Origin: Terriglobia bacterium
GTDB lineage: Bacteria > Acidobacteriota > UBA6911
Length of the DNA: 64,000 nt
Reading direction: 5' to 3'
Assembly (NCBI GenBank): GCA_963824985.1
Contig: CAWGRQ010000002.1
Span: 582-64,581 of the forward strand
Of the stretch, positions 39,857 through 49,486 are shown piece by piece. Each line of letters starts with the position of its first letter. Position 1 is the stretch's first letter. The notes beneath the pieces were generated by a model. It saw only the letters and a list, made by a program, of their open reading frames with translations. It ran no database searches and was not told where the DNA came from. The translations under genes and the position numbers were made by a program.

Positions 39857-41398
39857 TTATACGCCTCCGTTCGAAGTCTGGGAACCAGCGTCCGCGACGG
39901 CTTTGGCCTCGGGGCGCAATAACGGGAACAGGATGACATCGCGGATGGACCGCGAGTCGGTCAGCACCATGGTGAGCCGGTCGATGCCGATGCCCTCACC
40001 CGCGGTCGGAGGCATGCCGTAGCTCAGCGCCCGGATATAATCGTCATCCATCGCATGCGCCTCGTCGTCGCCACGCGTCCGCGCCTGGAGCTGCTCCTCG
40101 AAACGGGCGCGCTGCTCGACCGGATCGTTCAGCTCCGAGTAGGCATTGGCGATCTCCATGCCGGCGATGTACAGCTCGAACCTTTCCACCGTGTCGGGAT
40201 CGTCGGGCCTGGTTTTCGAAAGCGGCGAGACCTCAGTCGGATAGTCATAGATGAACGTTGGCTGGATCAGATTTGGTTCCACGACCTTTTCAAAGATGGC
40301 CGCGAGCCGCTTTCCGATGCCGGCGGCGCCGTCGAATTCCGCCGCCACCGCTTGTGCCATCGCCCCCAGCTTTTCCGCGGATCCCAGATCCTGTTGGTCA
40401 GGTTTTGGCACGTCATGCGGCCAGAAATGAAGGATGGCCTCCTTCATGGAATAGCGCTCCCAGCGATCGAAATCCAGCGTGTGCTCTCGATACGGAACCT
40501 GGCGCGATCCGGTCACCGCTTCGGCGATCTGAGTGAGCATTTGCTGCGTGAGGTCCATCAGATCGCGATAATCACTGTAAGCCTGGTAGAACTCCAGCAT
40601 GGTGAATTCAGGGTTGTGCTGCGTCGAGATGCCCTCGTTGCGGAAAATCCGGCTCAGCTCGTAAACCCGCGGAATGCCGCCGACGATCAATCGCTTCAGA
40701 TAAAGCTCCAGGGCAATGCGCAGATACAAATCGATGTCCAGGGCGTTGTGGTGCGTCTGGAAGGGTCGGGCCAGGGCGCCGCCGGCGATGGTCTGCAGCA
40801 CGGGCGTTTCTACCTCCAGGTAGCCCCGGGCATCGAGAAAATTACGGATCTCCCGGATGATCCGGCCGCGTTTTACAAACGTGGAACGCACCTCACGGTT
40901 GACGATCAGGTCGACATAGCGCTGTCGGAACCGGGTCTCCACATCGGTGAGGCCGTGCCACTTTTCCGGCAAAGGGAGGAGGTTTTTGGCCAGGTGCTGC
41001 AAAGAAACCGCCAGGACGGTCAGTTCGTTCGTGCGCGTGCGGAACAGCGTCCCCTCGGCCCCCACAATGTCTCCGAGATCAAACAACTCGAACAGGGCGA
41101 AGACCTCGGGGCCCACGCGGTCGCGCCGCACATAAACCTGCAGCCGGTGCTCGCCATCGGAAATGTCCAGGAAACCGGCTTTACCGTGGGGCCGGAGCGC
41201 CATGATCCGGCCGCAGATGCGCACCGTCGGATGCAGCTCATCGAGCTCCTGAGCGGTGCTGGATTCGAACCGGCCATGGATCTCCCCCAGCGTGTGGCTG
41301 GCGTCATATCTCCGCGGGTAGGGGTCATACCCGAGGCGTTTTAATTCCTCCAGTTTCAGCCGGCGTTGGACCAGGGGATTGGTCTCGTGCTCCATCAC
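39857..41398 (-). CDS. lysS: Lysine--tRNA ligase (class II)
   Basis: [32 protein letters not shown] and [16 protein letters not shown]. Confidence 0.97.
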   Translation of the reverse strand: MMEHETNPLVQRRLKLEELKRLGYDPYPRRYDASHTLGEIHGRFESSTAQELDELHPTVRICGRIMALRPHGKAGFLDISDGEHRLQVYVRRDRVGPEVFALFELFDLGDIVGAEGTLFRTRTNELTVLAVSLQHLAKNLLPLPEKWHGLTDVETRFRQRYVDLIVNREVRSTFVKRGRIIREIRNFLDARGYLEVETPVLQTIAGGALARPFQTHHNALDIDLYLRIALELYLKRLIVGGIPRVYELSRIFRNEGISTQHNPEFTMLEFYQAYSDYRDLMDLTQQMLTQIAEAVTGSRQVPYREHTLDFDRWERYSMKEAILHFWPHDVPKPDQQDLGSAEKLGAMAQAVAAEFDGAAGIGKRLAAIFEKVVEPNLIQPTFIYDYPTEVSPLSKTRPDDPDTVERFELYIAGMEIANAYSELNDPVEQRARFEEQLQARTRGDDEAHAMDDDYIRALSYGMPPTAGEGIGIDRLTMVLTDSRSIRDVILFPLLRPEAKAVADAGSQTSNGGV

Positions 41399-41817
41399 TG
41401 CCTCACCCTTTCTTTCAGGAGATCGTTCTTGATGCTGTCGAGGACGCCGTTTACGAATTGAGCAGACTCATTGGTGGAGAATTTCTTGGCGATTTCAAGA
41501 GCCTCGTTGATAACCACCGTGTCCGGGGTCTTGAGGTCGGCGAGCAGTTCGTACACCGCCAGGCGCAGGATGTTCCGGTCAACGGCGGCCATACGGCTCA
41601 GGCGCCAGTTCTTGGTGTGCCCCTGAATGATGCGGTCGATCTCCTTCAGGCGGGAGATCGTACCATGCAGCAGTTCTCCGGAAAACACCCGCACCCGCTC
41701 CGGCTGCTCATTCATTGCCCAGAATGAGTCGAGTATCGTATCGGGGGCTTGCTTGCCCACGTCATATTGATAAAGCATCTGAAGCGCGCATTCGCGCGCG
41801 GTTCTTCGGAGTCCCAT
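41395..41817 (-). CDS. nusB: Transcription antitermination factor NusB
   Basis: [30 protein letters not shown] and FVNGVLD. Confidence 0.95.
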   Translation of the reverse strand: MGLRRTARECALQMLYQYDVGKQAPDTILDSFWAMNEQPERVRVFSGELLHGTISRLKEIDRIIQGHTKNWRLSRMAAVDRNILRLAVYELLADLKTPDTVVINEALEIAKKFSTNESAQFVNGVLDSIKNDLLKERVRQ

Positions 41818-41863
41818 GGCTTATGATGCGATCCAGTATGCGGTATTTGGGAGTGAGCTTCTG

Positions 41864-42328
41864 CTATAGCTGCTTCAAAACCTGAATAATCTCGATTGCC
41901 GAGAGTGCGGCATCAAACCCCCGGTTCCCTGACTTGAGCCCGGCACGATCAATTGCCTGCTCCAGGGTGTTGCAAGTCAAAATCCCGTAAATAACCGGAA
42001 TCCCGGACTCCTGACTGACGTTCGCAATCCCTCTGGTTACGGTAGAGGAAATGTGCTCGAAGTGTGGCGTCTCTCCCTGCAATAATGCCCCGAGACAGAT
42101 GACGGCATCGTATTTGCCGGATAACGCCAGTTTTTTAGCCGCCAGGACGATTTCAAAGGACCCCGGAACCCAAACGGTGGTGATGTCGTCCGGCGCTGCC
42201 CCGTTGCGTCCGAGAGCGTCAAGAGCGCCATTTAACAGGCGATCACTGATAAAGGAGTTGAATCGGCTGATAACGATCGCGAATCGACTTCCCGTCGCAT
42301 CCAAATTCCCCTGGATAGTTCTGGCCAT
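41864..42328 (-). CDS. ribH: 6,7-dimethyl-8-ribityllumazine synthase
   Basis: SRFNSFI, WVPGSFEI, GETPHF and EQAIDRAG. Confidence 0.95.
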   Translation of the reverse strand: MARTIQGNLDATGSRFAIVISRFNSFISDRLLNGALDALGRNGAAPDDITTVWVPGSFEIVLAAKKLALSGKYDAVICLGALLQGETPHFEHISSTVTRGIANVSQESGIPVIYGILTCNTLEQAIDRAGLKSGNRGFDAALSAIEIIQVLKQL

Positions 42329-42441
42329 TTCGCCTCCGCACCTGAGGTCATACATTCTGCAGGAGATACCTCGGAAAAACAACAGCAAAACGGGCTGTTC
42401 GCCCTCCAACGCAACACACCCCCGCCCCGGCTTAATCAAAA

Positions 42442-42512
42442 AGGGGACATTCCTAATTTCCAGCCATCTTGTTGTCCCGAGCCACGTTGCGTGGAAATTC
42501 GGAATGTCCCCT
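42442..42512. repeat. REP-like 20-bp inverted repeat overlapping the 3' end of the DUF512 gene
   Basis: AGGGGACATTCCTAATTTCC and GGAAATTCGGAATGTCCCCT match at 19/20 positions. Confidence 0.7.
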
Positions 42513-43817
42513 CTTTTTTGGATTGCAGAGGCGCTTGAAAAATTCGCTCATGGAGGGTCCGCTCAGGATTACCGGCGTATCGAGGATCAGCGCGAGATCG
42601 GCCGGTGTCCAGTCATCGACAAAAATCCCTTCGACCCGCGAGACTGCTTCCTGGGGGATCATGACAAAGTCCCCCAGTTCGACGCCGGCCAGGGCATGCG
42701 CAAAATCCCGACCGGCAAGAAGTCCGGCGACGGTAATGCTGCGGCCCATAAAACGGTTGGCCACGGGCATGACGCGAAGGTCCGATCCCAACTTCCCGTT
42801 TATCCGCCTGGTGCAATCCGAAAGGAACGGGCAAAAGAGCGTGCCGGTGGCCAGGGTTCCGCGCAAACCCGGCCTTGGTTTGCGCGGGCGGGCCAGGCTG
42901 GCACCAAACGCGTCCAAAAAGCGCCGCACCATCCCGATCCCATCTTCTATCTGAGCGAAGTCGTCGTAATGAGCCGAGTCAGGCATCCTGATTCCGCCCT
43001 GGATGTAAAACTCATCCGCAAGATAGGCGAAGCCACGACCCGTTTCCCGCCGGAAACGACGTTGCCAGGGTAATACCTGCGCCACTACTTTGCGACAATA
43101 GTCCGATGTGACCGGCGTCAGTTGCCGGCGGTCGGCTCCGTGATCTGAAAGCCCCAGGGGCACGATGGCGACCGAATGCACGCCGGGGTGCCAGGAATAC
43201 AGGTCGAAAACGGTTTTGGCCAGATGCTCGCCGTCGTTGATTTCCGGTATTAACACGACCTGGGTTTGAATCCTGATGCCCCCGTTGATGAGCCGGAGCA
43301 GCTTGCCGGCGAAATCATCCGGTTTTTTGCGCCCCATGATCCGGGCGCGCAGGTCGGGTTCCGTGGCGTGTACCGATACGTATAAAGGCGACAATGCCTG
43401 CTCGATGATGCGATCCAGGTCCCGGTCCGAAAGATTGGTCAGTGTGATGTAATTGCCGTGCAAAAAAGAAAGCCGGAAGTCATCGTCCTTGATCTTCAGC
43501 GACTGCCGCGCGCCCGGCGGAAGCTGGTTGATGAAACAGAACAGGCAGGCGTTATTGCAGGTTCGCGTCCTGAAATCCTCGACTTCTATGCCGAGATTCT
43601 GACCTTCGGCAAGCTCCACCTCGATCCATTCCTCGAATCCACCCGCTTTGCGCACCTCCAGTTCGGCGGGGCCTTCTGCAAGGTGGAATTTGAGAGCGAG
43701 CTCGTCCGGTACCGGGTGTCCGTTAACCGCCAGAATCTCATCACCCGCTGCCAACCCGGCAGCGCCGGCCGCCGATCCCGCCTCGACCTCGCGAATCTTA
43801 ATTCCTCTTTTTGCCAC
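42453..43817 (-). CDS. PDZ plus radical SAM DUF512 protein
   Basis: N-terminal PDZ (AGLAAGDEILAVNG), CNNACLFC, KDDDFRLSFLHGNY, ADEFY and QIEDGIGM. Confidence 0.88.
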   Translation of the reverse strand: MAKRGIKIREVEAGSAAGAAGLAAGDEILAVNGHPVPDELALKFHLAEGPAELEVRKAGGFEEWIEVELAEGQNLGIEVEDFRTRTCNNACLFCFINQLPPGARQSLKIKDDDFRLSFLHGNYITLTNLSDRDLDRIIEQALSPLYVSVHATEPDLRARIMGRKKPDDFAGKLLRLINGGIRIQTQVVLIPEINDGEHLAKTVFDLYSWHPGVHSVAIVPLGLSDHGADRRQLTPVTSDYCRKVVAQVLPWQRRFRRETGRGFAYLADEFYIQGGIRMPDSAHYDDFAQIEDGIGMVRRFLDAFGASLARPRKPRPGLRGTLATGTLFCPFLSDCTRRINGKLGSDLRVMPVANRFMGRSITVAGLLAGRDFAHALAGVELGDFVMIPQEAVSRVEGIFVDDWTPADLALILDTPVILSGPSMSEFFKRLCNPKKRGHSEFPRNVARDNKMAGN

Positions 43818-44385
43818 TTCCCGTTTCGGCTCTTTGATACGACTCGATAAGCACGACCGAACGATAAAAATAATGAAGCCCGGACGCTACGGTAACCGAC
43901 AAAGTGACATAAACGAGCGGGTCTATGATGTCGGCGACACTGGTGGTGAAGTTGGCCAGCATTACGACGGCTACGGTCGTGAGCTGGGCCGCGGTTGTGC
44001 ACTTGCCCAGGAAACTCGGGGGGAAGGCAGTATGCCGGGTTTGCAGATGGATGATCAGGGATGCCAAAGCGATCAGCAGGTCTCTGCTGATCGATGTAAC
44101 GGTCAACCAGATGGGAATGTGATAGATGACCGGCGCCGAAGGGACCGTAAGGGTGACGAAGGCCGCCGTTAGGAGCAGCTTGTCCGCCATCGGATCCAGA
44201 AATGAACCTAAAACCGTTTTCTGCCCTAATTTGCGGGCCAGCAGCCCGTCCAGGCCATCCGTTACCCCCGCCAGAACGAACACCAACATGGCACTCCTGA
44301 TGTGCCCGTAGATGATCAGAAGCACGAAACAGGGGATGAAAATCATCCGCAGAATCGTCAATTGATTGGCGTAGGTCAAAACCAC
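43798..44385 (-). CDS. CDP-alcohol phosphatidyltransferase (PgsA-like)
   Basis: ANQLTILR and the signature TDGLDGLLAR..LGSFLDPMADK. Confidence 0.9.
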   Translation of the reverse strand: MVLTYANQLTILRMIFIPCFVLLIIYGHIRSAMLVFVLAGVTDGLDGLLARKLGQKTVLGSFLDPMADKLLLTAAFVTLTVPSAPVIYHIPIWLTVTSISRDLLIALASLIIHLQTRHTAFPPSFLGKCTTAAQLTTVAVVMLANFTTSVADIIDPLVYVTLSVTVASGLHYFYRSVVLIESYQRAETGSGKKRN

Positions 44386-44599
44386 CGGAGCATTCTCCTT
44401 CAGGGAACTTTTAGCAGATTCGTACGATTCCTGCCACCATCAAAATAGGCACTTCAAGATCCAAAGGATGAATATTTGACTCTCCCGGGGGTAAATTGAC
44501 CTCTCAGCAAAAGCCTTGGACCATCCGATATGATGACATGGCGAATGGGTCGGGGACTGTCCCTTTCCCCGCCGGGCAACCCACGGATAGGTCAGGCAG

Positions 44600-45703
44600 A
44601 TGTCACTTTCCGGAAATCTCAAAACCATGGATCTCGCTGAACTTCTTCAGTGGGTTACGCTCGGACGGAAGACCGGTTCCCTGACGTTTGTACGCAACAA
44701 GATAAAAAACCACATCTTCTTCAAAGATGGGAAAATCATCTCATCCAGGTCCAACGAGCCGACCAAGCAGCTGGGTCATTTCCTTCTGTATCAGGGAAAA
44801 ATCAATGAGGTGCAACTGAAGCGGGCACTGGAAATCCAATTGCAGACGCGAATGGCCCTGGGCAAGATTCTGGTGCAGGAAGGGTACGTAACCCCGGAAG
44901 AGACGGAGAGGGCCCTGGTCGGACGCACCGAAGAGGTGATCTACGATCTCTTTCTGTGGGAGGAAGGGTACTTTCACTTCACTGCCGATGGCTTCAATCT
45001 CGAAGAACTCATTCTGATCAATCTGGACATTCACGCGATCATTTTCGAAGGGGTGCGCCGCAAGGATGAATGGGCGCGCATCCGCCAGGTTTTCCCGAGC
45101 AATGATGCGGTGCTCGCAATCCGTCCCGGTCTGGACCTCAAGAGTCTTGCGCTCAAGCCGCTGCAGAAAAAGATGCTGTTTCTGATCAGCCAGCAGAAGA
45201 GCATTTCAGAGTTGATCCTCGAGCTGCACGGTTCGGATTTTCAGGTGAACTACGAACTATTCCAGCTCTATGACATGAATATCCTGGAGGTGAAAGAAGT
45301 ACGTGCGCCCGCACCGCGGGCAGACGATCCCGCACTATGGCTGGCTCGCGGCCAGGAGCTCATGAAGGCAAAGAAATACGCGGAAGCCATTGCCGCGTTT
45401 CAGGAGGTACAGCGGCAGGATCCTCAGAACTCCTGGGCCGACGAACTCCTGGAGCTTGCTGAAAAGGCCCTCTGCCAGGAGCTTTATGCGACCACGATTC
45501 AGAGCCACATGATCCCCTGTTTTCTTGTGGACGAATCGTCACTCACGCGCTTCGCCCTGACCCACCAGGAAGGGTTTGTCGTTTCCCGCATCAACGGCGC
45601 CTGGGACGTGAAATCGATTGTCATGCTGTCGCCGCTGCCCGAACTGGAAGTCCTTCAGATTCTCGACAAGCTGATCAAACTCGAGCTCATCACCCTGAAA
45701 TAG
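44600..45703 (+). CDS. DUF4388 (PATAN-like) domain protein with TPR-like helices
   Basis: LSGNLKTMDLAELLQW..RKTGSL, LFLWEEGYFHF and EGVRRKDEW; TPR-like YAEAIAAFQEV..DPQN; C-terminal EGFVVSRING. Confidence 0.8.
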   Translation: MSLSGNLKTMDLAELLQWVTLGRKTGSLTFVRNKIKNHIFFKDGKIISSRSNEPTKQLGHFLLYQGKINEVQLKRALEIQLQTRMALGKILVQEGYVTPEETERALVGRTEEVIYDLFLWEEGYFHFTADGFNLEELILINLDIHAIIFEGVRRKDEWARIRQVFPSNDAVLAIRPGLDLKSLALKPLQKKMLFLISQQKSISELILELHGSDFQVNYELFQLYDMNILEVKEVRAPAPRADDPALWLARGQELMKAKKYAEAIAAFQEVQRQDPQNSWADELLELAEKALCQELYATTIQSHMIPCFLVDESSLTRFALTHQEGFVVSRINGAWDVKSIVMLSPLPELEVLQILDKLIKLELITLK

Positions 45704-45712
45704 ACCGCGGGA

Positions 45713-46534
45713 TCAGGCTCGAGCCGGCTGGCGGAGGATTGCGGATACCTCTGCAAGGGCGCGGGCAACGCGTGGGCCATACCAGCTCAGAAGTTCCCCT
45801 TCCACGATATGAATGCGACTGTGGCGCACGGCAGGCACATCATTGCCCATCGCGGCGAACCCGTGCCTGTCGTCCTCGGTAAAATGGTAGGGCTCGGTCG
45901 GCAGGAGGATCACTTCGGGGACCCGTTTTGCGGCCTCCTCCAGCCGAAACTCAGGGTAGCGCTCAGGGCAATCCTCGAATATATTGGTCCCTCCGCAGCT
46001 GCGGATCACGTTGTCGACGAAGGTATCACGGTTGATGGTCATGTAGGGATCCTTCCAGATCGGGCAGAGGACCCGGACCGGGGGATCGGGCGCCTGCGCC
46101 CGCGCCGCATTGAGGGCTGTTTCGATGTCATTCACAATAGCCTCCGCGCGCCGCTCGGAACCGGTCAGGGCGGCCATATCGAAGATCATTTTCACGCAAC
46201 CCGCGACCGTTTTTGGAAACGTTACAAACACCGGCAAGCCGGCCCGTTCCAGCAACTCGACCTGGTGTCTGCGATTTTCCTCTGCGTTGGCGATGACCAG
46301 GTCGGGTGCGAGGGTGAGCACCCTTTCGGTGAAGAAGTTCTTGGTCCCGCCCACCCGAGTTTTGAATCGGACCTCCGCGGCCGGGTGAACGCAATAGTCC
46401 GTAATGCCCACGATGCGGTCTCCGGCGCCCAGGGCGAAAAGGGTTTCGGTTATGCTGGGCACCAGGGAAACAACGCGCCGCGCCGGCGCATCCAGGCGAA
46501 TTGTCCGCATCAGATCGTCTTTTCGCTCCATCAT
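45713..46534 (-). CDS. Helical-backbone metal receptor (BtuF-like), no signal peptide
   Basis: RRVVSLVPSITETL, GITDYCVHP, VGGTKN, ANAEEN, PTEPYHF and GELLSWYGPR. Confidence 0.85.
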   Translation of the reverse strand: MMERKDDLMRTIRLDAPARRVVSLVPSITETLFALGAGDRIVGITDYCVHPAAEVRFKTRVGGTKNFFTERVLTLAPDLVIANAEENRRHQVELLERAGLPVFVTFPKTVAGCVKMIFDMAALTGSERRAEAIVNDIETALNAARAQAPDPPVRVLCPIWKDPYMTINRDTFVDNVIRSCGGTNIFEDCPERYPEFRLEEAAKRVPEVILLPTEPYHFTEDDRHGFAAMGNDVPAVRHSRIHIVEGELLSWYGPRVARALAEVSAILRQPARA

Positions 46535-46670
46535 GATTCTTCATTATACATCGAGGCCGCCGGCCGCCCTCGCCGGTCAGAGAAACAGAGGTGCAATCGG
46601 AAGTGAGAGTCACCCCTGGAAAAATCAAAGCAAAAACGCCACGGATTATGTGGATCACACAGGTTTATTT

Positions 46671-46947
46671 GCATCTGTTTAGCCGATGCTGAACAGCAGA
46701 ACGCAAAGACGCAAGGACGCAAAGAGGTTCCTTTCGGTTCGCGGGCATGGGCGGCCTTCGGCCGCATCCTTGGGCGAGCCGCGGGAGAAAGCGCAATCCT
46801 CCTGAGTAGCCGCTGCCCGCGCTTTCTCCCGCGGCTCGCCCAAGGATGCGCCAGCGCGAAGCGCTGCGCCCACGCCTGTTGCTCAGTGTCGATCTTTGCG
46901 CCTTCGCGCTATGCTTCTTCATCCATTTGATTTGGCTAAACAATTAC
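46671..46947. mobile_element. MITE family A, copy 4 (full length, 277 bp), 8-bp target duplication GTTTATTT
   Basis: GCATCTGTTTAGCC...GGCTAAACAATTAC. GTTTATTT occurs at 46663-46670 and 46948-46955. Perfect 32-bp stem at 46763-46850. Confidence 0.93.
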
Positions 46948-47190
46948 GTTTATTTTATAAGGCTTGATCAAGCTCTGGGCCGCCGGCGAGATTTATTGTA
47001 TCCGTGCGATTCGTGCAGCCTTTGGCATTTTTGCCTTTTGGCTTAAATCGTTCTGAAACCGGCCTCAAGCTACGGACTCCCACTTCCTATTACACCCGAG
47101 AAACAGGGTGAGAGGGTTTATTGAAATCGCGTCCCCGGCGGTTTGTCTGCAAATGTCGTATAATGCACAATCTTCCTGGAAGGAGTGGCC

Positions 47191-48435
47191 ATGAAAGAAA
47201 AGGTGCTGCGGGATGCCGTTCACGGAGACATCGAACTCGATCCGCTTGAAGTCGAATTGATCGACACTCCGGAGTTCCAGCGGCTGCGGGGAATCAGGCA
47301 GCTGGGGACTGCCTGCCTGGTGTATCCTTCCGCAACCCACACCCGTTTTGAGCACAGCCTGGGTACATCCTGGATGGCACGGCGCATGATCGAAGCCCTC
47401 AGGCGCACCAGCACCATTTCCGCCGATGCCGCCGCCACGATTCGGGTGGCGGCGCTGCTCCATGACATTGCCCATATTCCATTCGGCCATACCCTTGAAG
47501 ACGAACGACGGGTTCTCCCGCGGCACGATAAGGATGAGGCCCGGTTTGCCCATTTTCTTCTCGACTCCACGCTCGCGCAGCGGCTGAGGAACTCCGGGTG
47601 TCAGGATGAAGTGTTGGGCATTCTGCGAGGCGAGGCCGGGTTTGCTTCCGATATCGTCGCCGGGGCAATAACCGCCGATCTGCTTGATTACCTGAGACGC
47701 GACACTTATTTTGTCGGCTTCTCCCAATACTACGATGCCCGGGTGTTCCATTCTTTCATCCTGAATGACGGCCGATTCGTCATCAACCTGGCGAAGCACG
47801 GAGTGCGGCGCCATGATGCATTGTCCGAGCTGATTAACCTGCTCCGCATCCGATATACGTTGTCCGAGCGCGTCTACTTTCACCATACCAAAATAGCTTC
47901 GGGAGCGATGATTTCCAAGGCGGTGGAGCTGGCGATGGCCTCCGGCCTGCGGCCCGAGGATTTGCGCCGGCTTAAGGATGAAACTCTGATCTGGACGCTG
48001 CGGGAGCGCTACGGGGATCACCCGGCGATCGATTATCTGGTCAATTGTCTTGAAGCGCGGCAGCTCTACCGTGCGTGTTTCGTTCTGACGGCCGATGTGG
48101 GGGAAACCCGCCAGAGGGAGATTGTGAGCCGGTTTCACGAAAATGCCGAAGCGCGGGAGGATCTGGAGGCGCGCATCGCCGACGCGGCCGGACTGCAGCC
48201 GTATCAGGTGATTGCCTATTGCCCTTCAATCGGCATGTCCCTTCCGGAAGCCGAAGTGCCGGTCATGCTCGAGACCGGCGAGGTAGTTCCCCTGTCCGGG
48301 AGCAACAACGAGGAGATCAGGATCCTCAAGCTCAAGCACAAAGCGCTGTGGAAATTCTTCGTCTTCATCGACCGGAATGCATGGGCGCGGAGCGAGCCGG
48401 CGCGCGCCGCGGCGGAAACACTCCTGGGCGAGTAA
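47191..48435 (+). CDS. HD-domain phosphohydrolase, dNTP triphosphohydrolase/SAMHD1-like
   Basis: RDAVHG, FQRLRGIRQLG, HTRFEHSLG, LLHDIAHIPFGH, ADLLDYLRRD and VYFHH. AAGGAG RBS and TATAAT at 47159. Confidence 0.88.
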   Translation: MKEKVLRDAVHGDIELDPLEVELIDTPEFQRLRGIRQLGTACLVYPSATHTRFEHSLGTSWMARRMIEALRRTSTISADAAATIRVAALLHDIAHIPFGHTLEDERRVLPRHDKDEARFAHFLLDSTLAQRLRNSGCQDEVLGILRGEAGFASDIVAGAITADLLDYLRRDTYFVGFSQYYDARVFHSFILNDGRFVINLAKHGVRRHDALSELINLLRIRYTLSERVYFHHTKIASGAMISKAVELAMASGLRPEDLRRLKDETLIWTLRERYGDHPAIDYLVNCLEARQLYRACFVLTADVGETRQREIVSRFHENAEAREDLEARIADAAGLQPYQVIAYCPSIGMSLPEAEVPVMLETGEVVPLSGSNNEEIRILKLKHKALWKFFVFIDRNAWARSEPARAAAETLLGE

Positions 48436-48445
48436 TGAGCAGGGT

Positions 48446-48657
48446 CCATAAAGACTATAGCCTTTTAGGCTGCAGGCTATGGGCATGGATCAACCTTCGC
48501 GCTGTCGGGAGCCCTTCCGGACTGTCACGCATGCCTGACAGTCCTTCAAGGCCCTCGATCCAACGCTACATGGCAGAAGCTGATGATAAATGCGGTTGGC
48601 ACGCCTCAACCTTTTGGATTGTGGCTGCAGCCTGCAGCCTAACAGGCTACAGCCTTG
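48446..48657. repeat. Palindromic element family C, copy 2 (inverted relative to copy 1)
   Basis: Shares CCATA.AGACT.TAGCCTTTTAGGCTG, GGACTGTCA.GCATGC.TGAC.GTCC and AGAAGCTGATGATA.ATGCGGTT with the reverse complement of 37658-37862. Lies between convergent genes. Confidence 0.8.
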
Positions 48658-48666
48658 TACCGCGGT

Positions 48667-49473
48667 TCATGGCAGCGGCAGACTCTCCCTGGCGCCGCAC
48701 TTGCGTGCCGCCATGGCTGCCTGCACCTGGCGCAGGGCCGCCTCCGCGCCGGTCTTCATGCAGGTGACATCGCTGGCGCAGAATAGCAGGTCAACCCCTT
48801 CGGCGATCCAGAAGGCGAAGTCGGCTGCAGGCGATGCAACCGCCACCCGTTTGCCGTGCTTTCTCACCGCCGCGATGATCGTTTTCGCCGCCTCCACAAC
48901 CCTGGGGTGACCGGTCTGATAGGGGACATCCAGGCTTGCCGACAGGTCCGCCGGGCCGATCAGGATGTCGATCCCCGGAACGGCGCACAGCTCGTCGGCG
49001 CGCTCCACGGCGTCCGCGGTCTCGATTTGCGCCATCAGGCAGAGATCCCGGTTCACCCGCAGCTGCTCCGCGGCGCTATCTCCCAGACCATAGCCGACCG
49101 CCCGGGAAGCAGGGAAACATCCGCGTCTCCCTTCGGGCCGGAACCGGGCGTTGCGAATGAATTCCCCGAGCATCTCCGGCGAGGTCGCCATCGGGATGTC
49201 GATGATGTCCGGCCCGCACTCTGCGGCGCGCAACACGTGTTCGCGATGCTCGTTCGGAATCCGAATCATGGTGAGCATCCCGAGACCCGAGGCTATCCGG
49301 CACAAGTCATGAGCCTGGGCAAAGCTGATGGGGCAGTGCTCCATGTCGAACCAGACGGCGTGATAACCCAGACCGGCGGCAATCTCCAGAAAAATCGGAT
49401 CGTAAAAATATACTCCGGCCCCGAACAGCGGGCTGCCCCTCTGCTCCTGCAGAGCGCGCTGCAAACGATTCAT
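48667..49473 (-). CDS. HpcH/HpaI aldolase family protein
   Basis: WFDMEH, RFRPEGRRG, MAQIET and IGPADLSASL. Confidence 0.85.
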   Translation of the reverse strand: MNRLQRALQEQRGSPLFGAGVYFYDPIFLEIAAGLGYHAVWFDMEHCPISFAQAHDLCRIASGLGMLTMIRIPNEHREHVLRAAECGPDIIDIPMATSPEMLGEFIRNARFRPEGRRGCFPASRAVGYGLGDSAAEQLRVNRDLCLMAQIETADAVERADELCAVPGIDILIGPADLSASLDVPYQTGHPRVVEAAKTIIAAVRKHGKRVAVASPAADFAFWIAEGVDLLFCASDVTCMKTGAEAALRQVQAAMAARKCGARESLPLP

Positions 49474-49486
49474 ATGCGGACCTCTC

